In this document: positions 62,343-64,000 of the stretch, one piece after another
Position numbering within the stretch: the stretch's first letter is position 1
Layout of the letters: each line of letters opens with the position of its first letter
From: an uncultured Nitrospiraceae bacterium
Lineage (GTDB): Bacteria; Nitrospirota; Thermodesulfovibrionia; Thermodesulfovibrionales; UBA9159
Direction of reading: 5' to 3'
NCBI GenBank assembly: GCA_964475485.1
Contig: CAYYWY010000007.1
Span: 15,849 to 79,848, forward strand
DNA length: 64,000 nt
Notes under the pieces: model-generated
The model's input: only the letters and a program-made list of their open reading frames with translations
Databases searched by the model: none
What the model was told of the DNA's origin: nothing
Program-made: the position numbers and the translations under genes

Positions 62343-64000
62343 GTTCCCTTTGCAGGCAGGCGGATCGTGAAAGTCGTTCCCCTGCCCGCTTCGCTTTCCA
62401 CGTCTATGCTGCCGTTATGCTCCTCCACAATCTTATGACAGATGGCAAGACCGAGTCCTGTGCCTTCTCCTACAGGTTTGGTTGTGAAGAACGGGTCGAA
62501 GACCTTGGCTATGATGTCGGCCGGGATTCCAGGACCGGTGTCCGAGATGCACACCATGATCATGCCTGCATCCTCGCCAAACTCACGGGAGGAAGTGTCA
62601 GGTGAAGTGGTGATGACAATGCTTCCGCCTTCAGGAGTGAAGTACATTGAATTAATGATGATATTCATGAAGAGCTGCCGCAGGCTTCCCGGGTCCGCCT
62701 TAATCTTCGGCAGTTCCCTGTTCAGCCTGAGTTCAATGCTATGATTCAGTTTCGCGGCCTTATGGTTCACAAGGAGGATTACTTCCTTTATAAGCTCGTT
62801 GATATCGATTTCGCGGAATGTCCCTCCGTGGGGCCTGGCGAACTCAAGGAGAGTGCCGAGTATCCTCTTGCACCTGAATATCTCATTGTGGATCGTCTCA
62901 AGGTACTCGGGAAAATCTTCAAACTCCTCAACTCTCAAGAGGGTGCCTTCCCTCGCCCTCTCGATGAGGGCCTCCGAATAGCCCGCGATAATGCCGAGGG
63001 GATTGTTTATCTCGTGGGCGATGCCCGCCACAAGCGTTCCGAGGGATGCGAGCTTGTCAGTCCTTATGAGCTGTTGTTCCAGACGTTTTTGCGCGGTAAC
63101 GTCCTTAAGGTAGTGAACGATTGCGTAGAGCTGGGCGTCTTCGTCAGTTAGAGGGTACGCCCAGAAATGGAAGATGCTTCCGCTGCTGCCCTTCAGCTCG
63201 AGGAAGGAAGGTCTTCTTGTGGAGATCGTTGTCGAACAGAGGCACTCTACAGGGCCTATGCCGATCCTGTCCAGGACTTCCGCGCACTGTTTCCCTATTA
63301 TCTCGACAAGGGAGAAGCCCGTCTTTGCCAGAAGAGTGCGGTTTGCACGGAGCACGCGCTGTTTCCTGTCTTCAATCCAGACCATGTCAGTGATGGCATC
63401 GAATGTCCCCTCCCATTCCTTTTTCTCCCTCGAGATTTCTTCGAACAGGAGTGCGTTTTCGAGGGCTATCGAAATATGCTTTGAGACAGAGAGTAGTAAT
63501 TTAAGGTCTTTTCCGGAGTATTTCGAGGGTTCGGTGCTGTCGAGGTTGAATACCCCCAGCATCTTATCCTGGACAAGGGGAATGCTGATAGTCGACCGTA
63601 TTCCTTCGTCCCGGAGTTTAGCGTCCAGGGGGAACTTGACCTCGGCCCTGAGGTCCTCGTTTATCCACGGCCTGTTGTTCTTTATTACCCAGCCGGCGCT
63701 TATGCCTTCAAGGGGGGCCCTTACACCCCTTTTCAAGATCGTTTTCATATTCGTGTCCAGGGCATAGATGAGGAGATTGTTTTCCTTTTCGTTGAAGAGG
63801 AGTATGCTTCCCCTGTCATAGTCGACGAGTTTACGTATCTCCGACATCATAATCCTGAAGACGGTGCCGATGCTGAGGCTTGAGTTGATGACGCCGCTCA
63901 GCTCATTGGTAAGCCTGATCTCCCTCATCTTCTCCCTTAGCTGTCCGATGAGTTTCGCGTTCTCGATGGCAACTCCGAGTTCGCTTGCGATGGTCGTCAG
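62339..64000 (-). CDS. Sensor histidine kinase (GAF + PAS + HisKA + HATPase), 5' end beyond the window
   Basis: H-box 'IAHEINNPLG', 'DTGPGIP', 'GTGLGL'. The frame stays open upstream of the ORF-track Met (63928) to nt 64000 and reads 'LTTIASELGVAIENAKLIGQLREK', a typical GAF-domain end. Confidence 0.85.
   Translation of the reverse strand: MTTIASELGVAIENAKLIGQLREKMREIRLTNELSGVINSSLSIGTVFRIMMSEIRKLVDYDRGSILLFNEKENNLLIYALDTNMKTILKRGVRAPLEGISAGWVIKNNRPWINEDLRAEVKFPLDAKLRDEGIRSTISIPLVQDKMLGVFNLDSTEPSKYSGKDLKLLLSVSKHISIALENALLFEEISREKKEWEGTFDAITDMVWIEDRKQRVLRANRTLLAKTGFSLVEIIGKQCAEVLDRIGIGPVECLCSTTISTRRPSFLELKGSSGSIFHFWAYPLTDEDAQLYAIVHYLKDVTAQKRLEQQLIRTDKLASLGTLVAGIAHEINNPLGIIAGYSEALIERAREGTLLRVEEFEDFPEYLETIHNEIFRCKRILGTLLEFARPHGGTFREIDINELIKEVILLVNHKAAKLNHSIELRLNRELPKIKADPGSLRQLFMNIIINSMYFTPEGGSIVITTSPDTSSREFGEDAGMIMVCISDTGPGIPADIIAKVFDPFFTTKPVGEGTGLGLAICHKIVEEHNGSIDVESEAGRGTTFTIRLPAKGT

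Noticed and set aside
1-64000. Searched by eye for CRISPR arrays, tRNA/rRNA genes, transposases, integrases, phage or defence-system genes, and for in-frame TAG (pyrrolysine) or TGA (selenocysteine) in the methyltransferase genes.
   Set aside because: No spaced direct-repeat arrays, no cloverleaf-like or rRNA-like segments, and no recombinase motifs were seen. All methyltransferase ORFs are uninterrupted. The Rdx-like protein uses CxxC rather than a TGA codon.

Overview
This 64-kb window looks like chromosome from an anaerobic, Gram-negative-type bacterium: it has TonB-dependent uptake, many sigma-54 enhancer-binding proteins, and roughly 50-55% GC by eye. I found no rRNA, tRNA, CRISPR array, transposase or integrase. 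The content falls into six blocks. (1) A plus-strand operon (806-12015) encodes two URO-D/MtaA-type methyltransferases, a corrinoid protein and a RamA/RACE-type corrinoid activase. It is interrupted by an unexpected module: a G3E (CobW-like) GTPase, a small coupled ORF, a CbbQ/NorQ AAA+ ATPase, a roughly 900-aa CbbO/NorD-like VWA protein carrying an HExxH motif, a Zn-ribbon protein and a DUF2284-like metal-binding protein. (2) Two cobalamin riboswitches control btuFCD-cobC and btuB-tonB-cobO-cbiE (12.0-20.0 kb). (3) A long minus-strand gene row (32862 down to 20811) encodes an OsmC-like protein, MetF, a degenerate receiver, two more URO-D methyltransferases, an AhpD-like protein, an MtrH-like pterin methyltransferase, a second corrinoid protein, a short QueG-like Fe-S protein, a second RACE activase and a NitT/TauT-type ABC importer. 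(4) A sigma-54-regulated region (33-45 kb) holds a second CobW GTPase, GAF- and PAS-type enhancer-binding proteins, OsmC-like and DsrE-like proteins, and an ABC transporter with a Tat-signal binding protein, two permeases and two ATPases. It ends in a truncated TauE/SafE pseudogene. (5) A MacAB-like efflux system occupies 45.5-49.9 kb. (6) A czcCBA-type RND operon is extended by a PII-like protein, a lipoprotein and a split spermidine-synthase-like pair. It is followed by a Tat-exported FAD oxidoreductase and a GAF/PAS histidine kinase with an NtrC-type regulator. The best candidate for an undescribed system is the AAA+/VWA/G3E-GTPase module inside the corrinoid methyltransferase operon. All family calls rest on motif recognition by eye; no database search was run.
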